Source: Nitrospirales bacterium
Lineage (GTDB): Bacteria; Nitrospirota; Nitrospiria; Nitrospirales; UBA8639
Reading direction: 5' to 3'
Assembly (NCBI GenBank): GCA_965223295.1
Contig: CBDCWC010000003.1
Span: 768,001 to 832,000 of the forward strand
DNA: 64,000 nt
Part shown: one piece after another, positions 19,174 to 28,772 of the stretch
Layout: every line of letters starts with the position of its first letter
Numbering within the stretch: the stretch's first letter is position 1
Made by a program: the position numbers and the translations under genes
The notes under the pieces: model-generated
What the model was told of the DNA's origin: nothing
The model's database searches: none
Seen by the model: only the letters and a program-made list of their open reading frames with translations

Positions 19174-20841
19174 ATGAATGAAGAAGAACAAAAATTTCTT
19201 GCTGATCTCGATAAACGCCTGTGGAACGCGGCTGACAGGCTACGCGCGAATGTGGATGCGGCGGTCTATAAACATGTCGTTCTCGGGTTAATCTTCCTGA
19301 AATATGTATCGGACTCACTTAAGGAACGGCGGGCGGAATTAGAAGCCCATTTTCGCGACCCAAAGCACGACTACTTCCTGGGAAAAGATGCGGACGAGCT
19401 CATTCCGCAGGAACTCGAAGCGCGCGATTATTACCTTGAAAAGAATGTCTTTTGGGTACCGGCACTTGCACGGTGGGACTTCATCCAAGCCAACGCCACG
19501 GTTGCCCTTGGAACAAAGCTGAAAGTCAAAAACGGCAAGACCAACATCTATGAATTTAAAGGTATTGGCCGTCTGTTGGATGATGCGCTCGATGCCGTTG
19601 AGAAAGAAAACCCAAAACTCAAAGGGATATTAGAAAAAGACTACGCTCGCAAACAGATTGATGCTGCCCTTCCTGGCCTCATCAACGAAGTCATTGCCAC
19701 CATTCCTTTCCACCATCGCACACTCAAATCAAAGGATATTCTCGGCCACGTGTATGAATACTTCCTCGGTGAATTTGCCATTGCAGAAGGGAAGAAAGGC
19801 GGACAGTACTACACACCAAAGAGCATCGTTACACTCATCGTCGAAATGCTAGAACCCTATAAAGGACGTGTCTATGACCCGTGCTGTGGTTCCGGCGGAT
19901 TCTTCGTGCAGTCGGAAAAGTTCGTGGAAGAGCACGGCGGGCGCATTGGTCAAATCTCTGTGTATGGGCAGGAATCCAACCCCACCACCTGGCGCTTGGC
20001 TTCCATGAACATGGCCATCCGCGGTATGGATTTTGATTTTGGCAAAGAACCAGCCAACACCTTCTCGCGTGACTTGCATCCGGATCTCCGTGCCGACTTT
20101 ATCATGGCGAATCCTCCGTTCAACATGAAGGAATGGAACACCGGTGTTCGAGACGACGACCCACGGTGGAAATACGGCATTCCTCCGAATGGCAACGCCA
20201 ACTTTGCCTGGATGCAGCACATGGTGTATCACCTAGCGCCTAACGGCAGCTTGGGTCTCTTGCTCGCCAACGGATCCATGAGCAGCAATACCAACAACGA
20301 AGGTGAGATTCGCAAGGCACTCATCGAAGCTGACCTTATCAAATGTATGGTCGCTCTCCCCGGTCAACTGTTCACGAACACACAGATTCCGGCGTGCATT
20401 TGGTTTCTTACACGCAGCAAGGTTGCCAGAAATGGCTGGCGTGATCGTAAAGGCGAAACGCTGTTCATCGATGCCCGCAATCTCGGCTACATGAAAGACC
20501 GAGTACTGCGGGACTTTGCACCAGATGACATTCGGAAGATTGCCGACACCTTCTATTCATGGAGATCAGATTCTCGTCATTCCCGCGGAGGCGGGAATCC
20601 AGGTTTGTATGAAGATGTTCCTGGATTCTGTAAATCCGCAAACCTAGACGACATTAAAAAGCACGATTACGTGCTCACCCCAGGCCGGTATGTCGGCGCG
20701 GCAGCTCAGGAAGAAGACAGCGAGCCGTTTGAAGACAAGATGGCCAAGCTAACAACCCAATTAAATGAGCAATTCGAAGAGAGCACACAACTGGAAGCGG
20801 TGATCAGGGAGAACTTAGAGAGGCTGGGTTTTCGTGTGTAA
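19174..20841 (+). CDS. hsdM: Type I restriction-modification methyltransferase
   Basis: LWNAADRLR, GGQYYTP, YDPCCGSGG, NPPF and LTPGRYVG motifs. Confidence 0.96.
   Translation: MNEEEQKFLADLDKRLWNAADRLRANVDAAVYKHVVLGLIFLKYVSDSLKERRAELEAHFRDPKHDYFLGKDADELIPQELEARDYYLEKNVFWVPALARWDFIQANATVALGTKLKVKNGKTNIYEFKGIGRLLDDALDAVEKENPKLKGILEKDYARKQIDAALPGLINEVIATIPFHHRTLKSKDILGHVYEYFLGEFAIAEGKKGGQYYTPKSIVTLIVEMLEPYKGRVYDPCCGSGGFFVQSEKFVEEHGGRIGQISVYGQESNPTTWRLASMNMAIRGMDFDFGKEPANTFSRDLHPDLRADFIMANPPFNMKEWNTGVRDDDPRWKYGIPPNGNANFAWMQHMVYHLAPNGSLGLLLANGSMSSNTNNEGEIRKALIEADLIKCMVALPGQLFTNTQIPACIWFLTRSKVARNGWRDRKGETLFIDARNLGYMKDRVLRDFAPDDIRKIADTFYSWRSDSRHSRGGGNPGLYEDVPGFCKSANLDDIKKHDYVLTPGRYVGAAAQEEDSEPFEDKMAKLTTQLNEQFEESTQLEAVIRENLERLGFRV
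20575..20602 (+). repeat. ATTCCC-N8-GGGAAT palindromic repeat inside hsdM
   Basis: CGTCATTCCCGCGGAGGCGGGAATCCAG, read as RHSRGGGNP; same family as 43783-43854. Confidence 0.8.
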
Positions 20842-22114
20842 TTCTTTGAATGTTAAAGACCATGGGACAGGATGGTCACACTCTCCAATCGGCGATCAAT
20901 TAGAAACTATCATTGACTACCGAGGAAAGACCCCACCTAAGTCAGAATCCGGGATCCCAACGATAACTGCGGCGAACGTTAAGAGTGGGCGCATTGATCT
21001 AAGTACTATCTCCTTTGTATCAGATGAAACTTACAAACGCTGGACAACGCGTGGACTCCCAAGCTCTGGTGACGTCTTAATCACTACCGAGGCACCTGTT
21101 GGGGAGATTGCCCCATTCCCAGGCGATAAGACTTATTTGATTACGCGTCGCGTTATAGCCCTTCGTGGAAAGAAAGGGCAACTCGACAATCGTTTTCTAC
21201 TTTATGCCTTGATGTCTCCGCTTGCTCAAGAATATTTAGTCTCACGCACCCGAGGATCAACCGTACCCCGCATTCTAAAGCCAGACATCCTCGGAATGAA
21301 GATTCCGATTCCACCCTTCCAGGAACAACGCGCCATCGCCCACATCCTCGGAACGTTCGATGATAAGATCGAGCTCAACCGGCGTATGAACGAAACGCTG
21401 GAAGCCATCGCGCGCGCGATCTTTAAGTCTTGGTTCGTCGACTTCCTGCCTGTGCGCGCCAAAGCCAGCGGCGAACCATCCGACTCCATCTGCCGCCGCC
21501 TCGGCCTTACCCCCGACCTCCTCGCCCTCTTCCCCGGCCGTTTCCAAGACTCCGAACTCGGTGAGATTCCAAAAGGATGGGTACAAAAGCGCGTAGATGA
21601 CCTTTTGAAACTTTCTTATGGCAAAGCACTCAAGGCGAGCGATCGCATCGAAGGGCAAGTGCCGGTTTATGGGTCAGGCGGGATAACAGCGTTCCACAAT
21701 GTACATCTCGTAGATGGCCCAGGAATTATCGTTGGCCGTAAGGGCACCGTCGACAGCCTCTATTGGGAAGACCAACCATTCTATCCAATCGACACAGTTT
21801 TTTACGTGGTGCCCAAGGTTGAACTCACCTTTTGTTTTTATCTTTTGCAGACCCTTAAGCTTGACCAAATGAATACGGATGCGGCGGTACCCGGTCTTAA
21901 TAGAAACAATGTCTACCGTTTGCCGCTTGCTTGGGCACCGGGCAAATTGCGATCGGCCTTTGATGAGGTTGTGAAGCCATTACGCAGTCACAAATTTTCC
22001 AACACGCAACAGTCGGAAATACTAACAAAGATCCGCAACACCCTCCTCCCCAAACTCCTCTCTGGCGAACTACGTGTGTCTACGACTGAAAAACCCCAGG
22101 AAGTCGTCACATGA
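20834..22114 (+). CDS. hsdS: Type I R-M specificity subunit
   Basis: Two TRDs; conserved PPFQEQRAIAHILGTFDDKIELNRRMNETLE and RNTLLPKLLSGEL regions. Confidence 0.95.
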   Translation: MCNSLNVKDHGTGWSHSPIGDQLETIIDYRGKTPPKSESGIPTITAANVKSGRIDLSTISFVSDETYKRWTTRGLPSSGDVLITTEAPVGEIAPFPGDKTYLITRRVIALRGKKGQLDNRFLLYALMSPLAQEYLVSRTRGSTVPRILKPDILGMKIPIPPFQEQRAIAHILGTFDDKIELNRRMNETLEAIARAIFKSWFVDFLPVRAKASGEPSDSICRRLGLTPDLLALFPGRFQDSELGEIPKGWVQKRVDDLLKLSYGKALKASDRIEGQVPVYGSGGITAFHNVHLVDGPGIIVGRKGTVDSLYWEDQPFYPIDTVFYVVPKVELTFCFYLLQTLKLDQMNTDAAVPGLNRNNVYRLPLAWAPGKLRSAFDEVVKPLRSHKFSNTQQSEILTKIRNTLLPKLLSGELRVSTTEKPQEVVT

Positions 22115-23130
22115 AACTGCCCTCCACAAATCTTGGGGGAGGCGAAGTTCTCCTTTACGAAGCCCCGGATGGGGAGGTTCGAGTTGATGTCCGGTTAGAG
22201 GAGGAGACAGTTTGGTTGTCCCTGACTCAGATGGCGGAGCTCTTTGAACGTGATAAGTCCGTGATTTCACGGCATTTACGCAACGTGTTTGCCACCGGAG
22301 AACTAGAGCGGGAGGCAACTGTTGCAAAAAATGCAACAGTTCAAGCTGAGGGGGACCGCGAAGTCGTACGGACAATCGAGTACTTTAACCTCGACGCTAT
22401 CCTCTCTGTTGGCTATCGTGTCAACTCTAAACGCGGCACCCAATTCCGTATCTGGGCGACACGAACGCTCAAAGACCATCTAGTCCTTGGCTACACGCTC
22501 AATCGGCAGCGCTTCGAACGTAATGCCCGCGAGCTGGAAGCGGCGTTGGCTCTGGTACGTAAGGCCGCTACCGGGGAGGCACTCACCACGGACCAAGGCC
22601 GTGGCTTGGTGAATCTCATTGCTCGGTACACTCAGACCTTTCTGTTGTTGCAGCGCTACGACGAAGGGTTGCTGACGGAACCGAAGGGGACAGCGGGCGG
22701 CGTGTTGCTGGACCCAGGCGACGCTCGCGCTGCCATCACTCAGCTGAAACAAGAGTTGATGACGCGCGGCGAGGCTTCCGATCTTTTTGGATTTGAGCGG
22801 GAAGACGGTCTGGCTGCAATACTCGGCAATTTGGATCAAAGCGTCTTTGGCGAACCAGCGTACCCGACAATTGAATCTAAAGCCGCCCATCTACTCTATT
22901 TTGTGATCAAAAATCATCCTTTTGCCGATGGAAATAAACGCATTGGTTCTTTCCTCTTCGTGGATTTCCTGCATCGCAATGGACGACTGTTTCGAGATGA
23001 AGAAGCTGTCATCAACGATGTGGGGCTAGCCGCTCTAACTCTCCTCATCGCAGAATCTGCACCTAAAGATATGGCTGTCATGATTCGTTTGATCATGAAC
23101 ATGTTGGTCGGTGAGGCTCATGATTTCTGA
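22111..23130 (+). CDS. RhuM-family DNA-binding domain fused to a Fic/Doc domain
   Basis: ETVWLSLTQMAELF and ILSVGYRVNSKRGTQFRIWAT (RhuM); HPFADGNKR (Fic/Doc). Confidence 0.9.
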   Translation: MKLPSTNLGGGEVLLYEAPDGEVRVDVRLEEETVWLSLTQMAELFERDKSVISRHLRNVFATGELEREATVAKNATVQAEGDREVVRTIEYFNLDAILSVGYRVNSKRGTQFRIWATRTLKDHLVLGYTLNRQRFERNARELEAALALVRKAATGEALTTDQGRGLVNLIARYTQTFLLLQRYDEGLLTEPKGTAGGVLLDPGDARAAITQLKQELMTRGEASDLFGFEREDGLAAILGNLDQSVFGEPAYPTIESKAAHLLYFVIKNHPFADGNKRIGSFLFVDFLHRNGRLFRDEEAVINDVGLAALTLLIAESAPKDMAVMIRLIMNMLVGEAHDF

Positions 23131-26100
23131 AGATCAACTTGAACAACTCTGCCTGACGTGGTTCCAGGATTCTGGATGGGAGTACCGCCACGGTCCTGAT
23201 CTTGCCCCGGATGGAGATACGCCCGAGCGAATCAACTTCCGTCAGGTGTTGCTGCAGGATCGACTGCATGAGGCGCTTCATCGATTGAATCCTGGTATGC
23301 CGGAACCGGCGTTGGAGGACGTGCTGCACCGGGTCACCAAAATCCATGAACCTGCATTGGTACAGAGCAACCGGCGATTTCACGAGGCCCTTCTTGATGG
23401 TATGCCCGTCGAGGTTGATCAAGAAGGTGAGAAACGTGGCGATCGGGTGCGGCTCATCGACTTAGAGTATCCCGAGAACAATCGGTTCTTGGTGGTGAAC
23501 CAATACACCGTGCAAGGCACGAAGCAGCCGCGTCGTCCCGACCTGGTGTGCTTTATCAATGGCCTGCCCATCGCAGTGATCGAACTTAAAAATCCCACTG
23601 ATGAACAGGCGGATATTTGGTCAGCATTTCATCAGCTCGAAACCTACAAGGCCGAGATCAGTGATTTGTTTCTTTTCAATGAGGCCTTGGTGATCTCGGA
23701 TGGGTTGCACGCGCGGATTGGTTCTCTCACGGCGGATCGGGAGCGCTTTCTTCCCTGGCGCACGATTCGGAGTGAGTCTGACCGTCCGTTACTCCAGTTC
23801 GAGCTAGAGAAGGTGGTGCGAGGATTTTTCGCACCAGATCTGCTGTTGGACTACCTTCGCTATTTTATTCTGTTCGAACAGGGTGATGATGGTCTCATCA
23901 AAAAGATTGCCGGATATCATCAGTTTCATGCCGTACGCGAGGCGGTAGGAGCCACGGTCACTGCTGCCACCCAACCGGATTCTGGCGTGGTAGCGGAGGA
24001 GCGGGCCACCTACGGGAAGATGGTGCAACCTGCCTCGCGTAAGGGTGGGATTGTGTGGCATACGCAGGGTTCCGGGAAGAGTATTTCAATGGTGTTCTTT
24101 ACGGGCAAGCTCATGCAGCAGCCTGAGATGCAAAACCCAACGGTTGTGGTGGTGACCGACCGAAACGATTTGGATGGGCAGCTTTTCCAGACCTTTACTG
24201 GCGCGCGAGCGTTGCTAAAGGAAACGCCACAACAAGCGGAAGGCCGTGAGCAATTGCGTGAGTTATTGGCCGGTCGGCCGTCAGGCGGCATTATCTTTAC
24301 GACGGTGCAGAAGTTCACACCTCTAAAGGATGAAGAGCAGTTTCCGCAACTCACAGATCGTGCGAATGTGGTGGTGATCGCCGATGAGGCGCATCGTTCC
24401 CAGTACGGATTCCGTGCGGTACTCGACAAGAAATCCGGCAAATACAAGTATGGCTTTGCCAAGCACCTGCGCGATGCGCTGCCCAACGCTACGTTTGTAG
24501 GGTTCACTGGCACGCCGGTTGAGCGAGACGACAAGGACACTCGTGGGGTCTTTGGCGACTACGTGAGCATCTATGACAATCAGGATGCCGTTGATGACAA
24601 CGCCACAGTCCCGATTTATTACGAAAGCCGACTCGCGAAGTTGGATGTGAACCAGGCTGCTATCGATCAACTCAATGCGGAAGTTGAGGAGATTTTCGAA
24701 GACGAAGAGGATGTTGCCCTTCGGGAAGCGGCCAAGACCAAGTGGGCGGCGCTAGAGAAGCTGGTCGGCGCTGAGCCGCGTATCCAGCAAGTCGCCGCTG
24801 ATATTGTGAAGCACTTCGAAGATCGCACGGCTGCGGTTGAAGGCAAGGGCATGATTGTGGCGATGAGTCGTGAAATCTGTGTGCAGCTTTATGATGCCCT
24901 CGTGGCATTGCGGCCACAGTGGCATAGTCCCGATCCCTCCCATGGGATGATCAAAGTCATCATGACCGGTTCCGCTTCGGATACGGAACTGTTGCGGCCC
25001 CATATCTACAATGCCACGACGAAGAAGCAACTCGAAAAACGATTCAAGAATCCCAAAGACCCGCTCAAGCTTGTGATTGTGCGCGATATGTGGCTGACCG
25101 GTTTTGATGTCCCCTGCCTCCATACCATGTATGTGGACAAGCCCATGCGCGACCACAACCTGATGCAGGCCATCGCGCGTGTAAATCGCGTTTTCCGGGA
25201 CAAGGAAGGTGGGCTGGTCGTGGACTATATCGGCATTGCTGCTGAACTTCGTCGCGCATTGAAGAATTACACAGAAAACCGAGGCAAAGGGCAGCCCATT
25301 CTCAATGCGGACGAGGCCCTTGCAAAACTAAAGGAATTGCTAGAAATCGCTCGAGGTCTTTTACATGGCTTTGACTATCGTGAGTACCGGACCAAGGCGA
25401 CCGATCTTTTGTTACCGACCGCGAACTTCGTGTTAAGCCTGGAAGACGGCAAGAAGCGCTGGTTTGATGTGGTGCTTGCTATCACCAAAGCCTTTTCCCT
25501 CTGCGGGACGCTGGATGAGGCGATTCCTTTGCGTGAGGAAATTGCCTTCTTTCAGGCCATCAAGAGCGTGATCGCGAAGGCCACGGAGACCGACAAGAAG
25601 CTTTCTGAAGATAAGAAGCATGCAGTCCTCAAGCATATCCTCGATAACGCGGTTGTCGCTGAGGGTGTTGAAGATGTCTTCAAGTTGGCAGGCCTGGAAC
25701 GGCCAGACATTGGCATCCTCTCTGACGCCTTCCTTGAAGAAGTTCGGCAATTGCCTCAGCGTAACTTTGCGGTGGAGCTCTTGCAAAAGTTGCTCAACGA
25801 CGAGATTAAATCGCGTAGCCGAACGAATGTGGTGTTGGAAAAGAAATTTAGCGATCGTCTCTTAGAGGCGTTGAATCGCTACCGCAACCGTGCCATTGAA
25901 AGCGCTCAAGTCATCGAAGAACTCATCTCCATGGCAAAGGAATTCCGCGAAGCTGTGAAACGCGGAGAAGAACTAGGCCTGAATATGTCGGAATATTCGT
26001 TTTATATGGCACTGGCCGACAACGAAAGCGCCGTGCGTGAACTTGGCGATGAGATTCTCAAGAAAATTGCCCACGAACTGACGGACAAACTGCGCAACAG

Positions 26101-26263
26101 TACAACCGTGGACTGGCAAAAACGCGAAAGCGTCCGCGCCCGATTACGGAATCTGGTGCGGATCACCTTACGTCGCTATAAATATCCGCCTGACAAACAG
26201 GAAGAGGCCATCAAGTTGGTACTCGACCAAGCGGAACGCTTGTCGGATGAGTGGAGTAAGTAA
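23120..26263 (+). CDS. hsdR: Type I restriction endonuclease subunit R
   Basis: RPDLVCFINGLPIAVIELK, WHTQGSGKS, DEAHRSQY, GFTGTP and QAIARVNR motifs. Confidence 0.96.
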   Translation: MISEDQLEQLCLTWFQDSGWEYRHGPDLAPDGDTPERINFRQVLLQDRLHEALHRLNPGMPEPALEDVLHRVTKIHEPALVQSNRRFHEALLDGMPVEVDQEGEKRGDRVRLIDLEYPENNRFLVVNQYTVQGTKQPRRPDLVCFINGLPIAVIELKNPTDEQADIWSAFHQLETYKAEISDLFLFNEALVISDGLHARIGSLTADRERFLPWRTIRSESDRPLLQFELEKVVRGFFAPDLLLDYLRYFILFEQGDDGLIKKIAGYHQFHAVREAVGATVTAATQPDSGVVAEERATYGKMVQPASRKGGIVWHTQGSGKSISMVFFTGKLMQQPEMQNPTVVVVTDRNDLDGQLFQTFTGARALLKETPQQAEGREQLRELLAGRPSGGIIFTTVQKFTPLKDEEQFPQLTDRANVVVIADEAHRSQYGFRAVLDKKSGKYKYGFAKHLRDALPNATFVGFTGTPVERDDKDTRGVFGDYVSIYDNQDAVDDNATVPIYYESRLAKLDVNQAAIDQLNAEVEEIFEDEEDVALREAAKTKWAALEKLVGAEPRIQQVAADIVKHFEDRTAAVEGKGMIVAMSREICVQLYDALVALRPQWHSPDPSHGMIKVIMTGSASDTELLRPHIYNATTKKQLEKRFKNPKDPLKLVIVRDMWLTGFDVPCLHTMYVDKPMRDHNLMQAIARVNRVFRDKEGGLVVDYIGIAAELRRALKNYTENRGKGQPILNADEALAKLKELLEIARGLLHGFDYREYRTKATDLLLPTANFVLSLEDGKKRWFDVVLAITKAFSLCGTLDEAIPLREEIAFFQAIKSVIAKATETDKKLSEDKKHAVLKHILDNAVVAEGVEDVFKLAGLERPDIGILSDAFLEEVRQLPQRNFAVELLQKLLNDEIKSRSRTNVVLEKKFSDRLLEALNRYRNRAIESAQVIEELISMAKEFREAVKRGEELGLNMSEYSFYMALADNESAVRELGDEILKKIAHELTDKLRNSTTVDWQKRESVRARLRNLVRITLRRYKYPPDKQEEAIKLVLDQAERLSDEWSK

Positions 26264-26720
26264 GTTTAGTTACGCTTCAAGCTCGGTTGGATAAGCACCA
26301 TGTCAATTTTCAACAAGAGATATCAGACTTTTGCTAGGTTTATTTCCAACCAAAAATCAAGGAATTGGCTGGTGACCATGCCAAGATGAATACCATTATG
26401 GATGCAACTTTTGAACGCTACAAATTTCTCTCCGACGACAAGTTTCCATAGGTGGCTGCCAAACACCTCTTATGGCAAGATTACGATCCAATCCGTACCG
26501 AAAAAACTGTGTAGGACAGGGGCTTGCTTCCTTTCTCTTTTTTTATTAGGGACTTATCGGGAAAACCATCTCTGATGGTTTTGGCCGTGCTGTTCGCCTA
26601 ACTGATGAGCGGATTGCTCATATCTGCAGCATCAGGATATAGCAGGAATGAATTTTTCAGGATCTCTTTTGCCGCACTGGAACACAGCGCGTAACTCCTC
26701 ATCGGTTTACCAAAATTATG

Positions 26721-26853
26721 TTTTGCATACTTATACTATGCAAAATTAGACATAATTAAATTTCATGGCCATTCCTTTGAAATCTTTGATTACTGAATTA
26801 ATATCAAAATAGATTTGACAAATTACGAAATTGCATACATTATGTATGCAATT
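26721..26853 (+). promoter_or_regulatory. Two 25-bp inverted repeats (putative AbiEi operators) and a -35 box
   Basis: TTTTGCATA-N7-TATGCAAAA (26721-26745) and AATTGCATACAT-T-ATGTATGCAATT (26829-26853); TTGACA at 26815-26820. Confidence 0.75.
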
Positions 26854-26870
26854 ATATTACTTTTTAAACT

Positions 26871-27659
26871 ATGGGTAATACTTCGACAAACAGATCTCTG
26901 GATCGATTGCTACCTGAAGGGCAGTTGGTCAATCGTCAATGGTTCAAGGCAAGGGGCGTGGATCGCCCACTCGTAGACTTTTGGCTCCGCTCGGGAAAAC
27001 TTGAGGCCGTGTCACGTGGCCTCTACCGGCGTCCCGGACCTCCCTTAAAATGGGAGCAGGTTGTCTATTCTTTAAATGAGATCGGCATACCTATTCATGT
27101 CGGCGGGCGTAGTGCCTTAGAGCTTCAGGGTCTTGCGCATTATCTCCCGCTAAAAGGCATCACAACCATTTCTCTTTACACGACGACGTCCAAGGTGCCT
27201 TCCTGGATCCACTCCTATCCTGGTGATTTCACTCTGAAGGTTCATTCCCATCGTTTATTTAGAAGATTGCCGCAACTCGCAGTTCATTCAAGAGCGTTTG
27301 GATCTTGGGACTGGCCTATTCCGTATGCCACGATTGAATTGGCGTTGATAGAATTTTTGGTGAAGGTTCGTCATCCTGCTGATTTTGACTTGGCGGATAA
27401 GTTTTTTGAATCGGCGACTGTACTCCGACCCGCCTTAATTCAGGAGCTGTTGCTCGCCTGCACTCACGTACAGGCTAAACGGCTCTTTCTCTGGTTTGCC
27501 AATCGGCATCACCATCAATGGTTCGGAAAACTCGATCTTACAAAGGTTAATCTTGGTCGTGGCAAACGGGTAATCGTGAAGGAAGGATCGCTCGATACCC
27601 GTTATCACATTACCGTTCCTCGGACCATGGCACATGGAAACCACGAATCCGTATTTTGA
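26871..27659 (+). CDS. Type IV TA antitoxin, AbiEi family
   Basis: wHTH-like N-terminus; HVGGRSALELQGLAHYL, KRLFL and NLGRGKR motifs; directly upstream of AbiEii. Confidence 0.88.
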   Translation: MGNTSTNRSLDRLLPEGQLVNRQWFKARGVDRPLVDFWLRSGKLEAVSRGLYRRPGPPLKWEQVVYSLNEIGIPIHVGGRSALELQGLAHYLPLKGITTISLYTTTSKVPSWIHSYPGDFTLKVHSHRLFRRLPQLAVHSRAFGSWDWPIPYATIELALIEFLVKVRHPADFDLADKFFESATVLRPALIQELLLACTHVQAKRLFLWFANRHHHQWFGKLDLTKVNLGRGKRVIVKEGSLDTRYHITVPRTMAHGNHESVF

Positions 27660-28551
27660 ACAAGTCCGGCTGCTTGTGACCCTGCTTCCGCATGTGTCGC
27701 GACACCCTTGTTTTGCCTTAAAAGGTGGGACGGCAATTAATTTGTTCATTCGGGACATGCCCCGTTTGTCTGTCGACATCGATCTCGCCTACTTGCCGGT
27801 TCAAGACCGTGACACTAGCCTAACAGCAATCGATCGGTCATTAAACGTTATTGGTGCGGACATCGAACGAGTCGTTCCACGTTCTGTTGTCCACAAGACG
27901 GTTCTAGAGGACACAGGGAACGTGTTTAAATTGCTTGTGCAGCAGGGAGAAGTCAGCGTCAAAGTGGAGGTGACACCGGTATTACGCGGCAGCGTGTACC
28001 CACCTACTGTAGGTGAACTCGTTCCATTGGCACAGGGCGAATTTGGCTATATACAGATGCCTCTCCTGAGCTTCGAGGATTTATATGCGGGAAAAGTGTG
28101 TGCGGCACTGGATCGCCAGCATCCACGTGATCTTTTCGATGTCTACTTTTTACTCGCCAACGAAGGCATAACCCCGAAGCTGAAGAATGCATTTCTTGTG
28201 TATGTAATCAGTCACAATCGCGCTATTACTGATTTGTTGGCTCCGTTACCTAAAGATATTGAACAAGTCTATCAATCGGAATTCGTAGGTATGGTCAACA
28301 AACCGATTGAGTTAGAATCGCTCTATGCTACACGCGAGGAATTGTTTAACACGATTCACCGCCTGTTGACAGATCAAGATCGACAGTTTCTTTTGAGTTT
28401 TAAACGTGGTGAACCCGAGTGGCATCTTTTGGACCTGGAGAGTGTTGACCAACTTCCGGCCGTTCGGTGGAAGCTACTGAATATTCAGCGCATGACACCC
28501 GCGAAACGCGAACAGGCTGTTGAACGTCTTCATCGCGTGTTATTCGGATAA
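27634..28551 (+). CDS. Type IV TA toxin, AbiEii/AbiGii nucleotidyltransferase
   Basis: FALKGGTAINLF, RLSVDIDL and KVCAALDRQHPRDLFD motifs. Confidence 0.92.
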   Translation: METTNPYFEQVRLLVTLLPHVSRHPCFALKGGTAINLFIRDMPRLSVDIDLAYLPVQDRDTSLTAIDRSLNVIGADIERVVPRSVVHKTVLEDTGNVFKLLVQQGEVSVKVEVTPVLRGSVYPPTVGELVPLAQGEFGYIQMPLLSFEDLYAGKVCAALDRQHPRDLFDVYFLLANEGITPKLKNAFLVYVISHNRAITDLLAPLPKDIEQVYQSEFVGMVNKPIELESLYATREELFNTIHRLLTDQDRQFLLSFKRGEPEWHLLDLESVDQLPAVRWKLLNIQRMTPAKREQAVERLHRVLFG

Positions 28552-28772
28552 ACCAAATGTCTGAATATCTTCACGTTGAAAAGGCCTTTCTGGATCAGCT
28601 TACCACTCTTGGGTGGACCATCATTGATCAGGGGAACGGCTTCATTCCTTCTGATCCGACTGCTAGCTTGCGCTGCAGTTATCACGAAGGTTGGGAGGCA
28701 AGTCTGGTTTTATAACATCTAAGCTTGTATATGCCTGAAGCATGGCCAGACTGTTGCGTGCGGAGTCAGTTT

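Noticed and set aside
26264-26720. Possible pseudogene between hsdR and abiEi
   Set aside because: No frame with a recognisable motif; needs BLASTX
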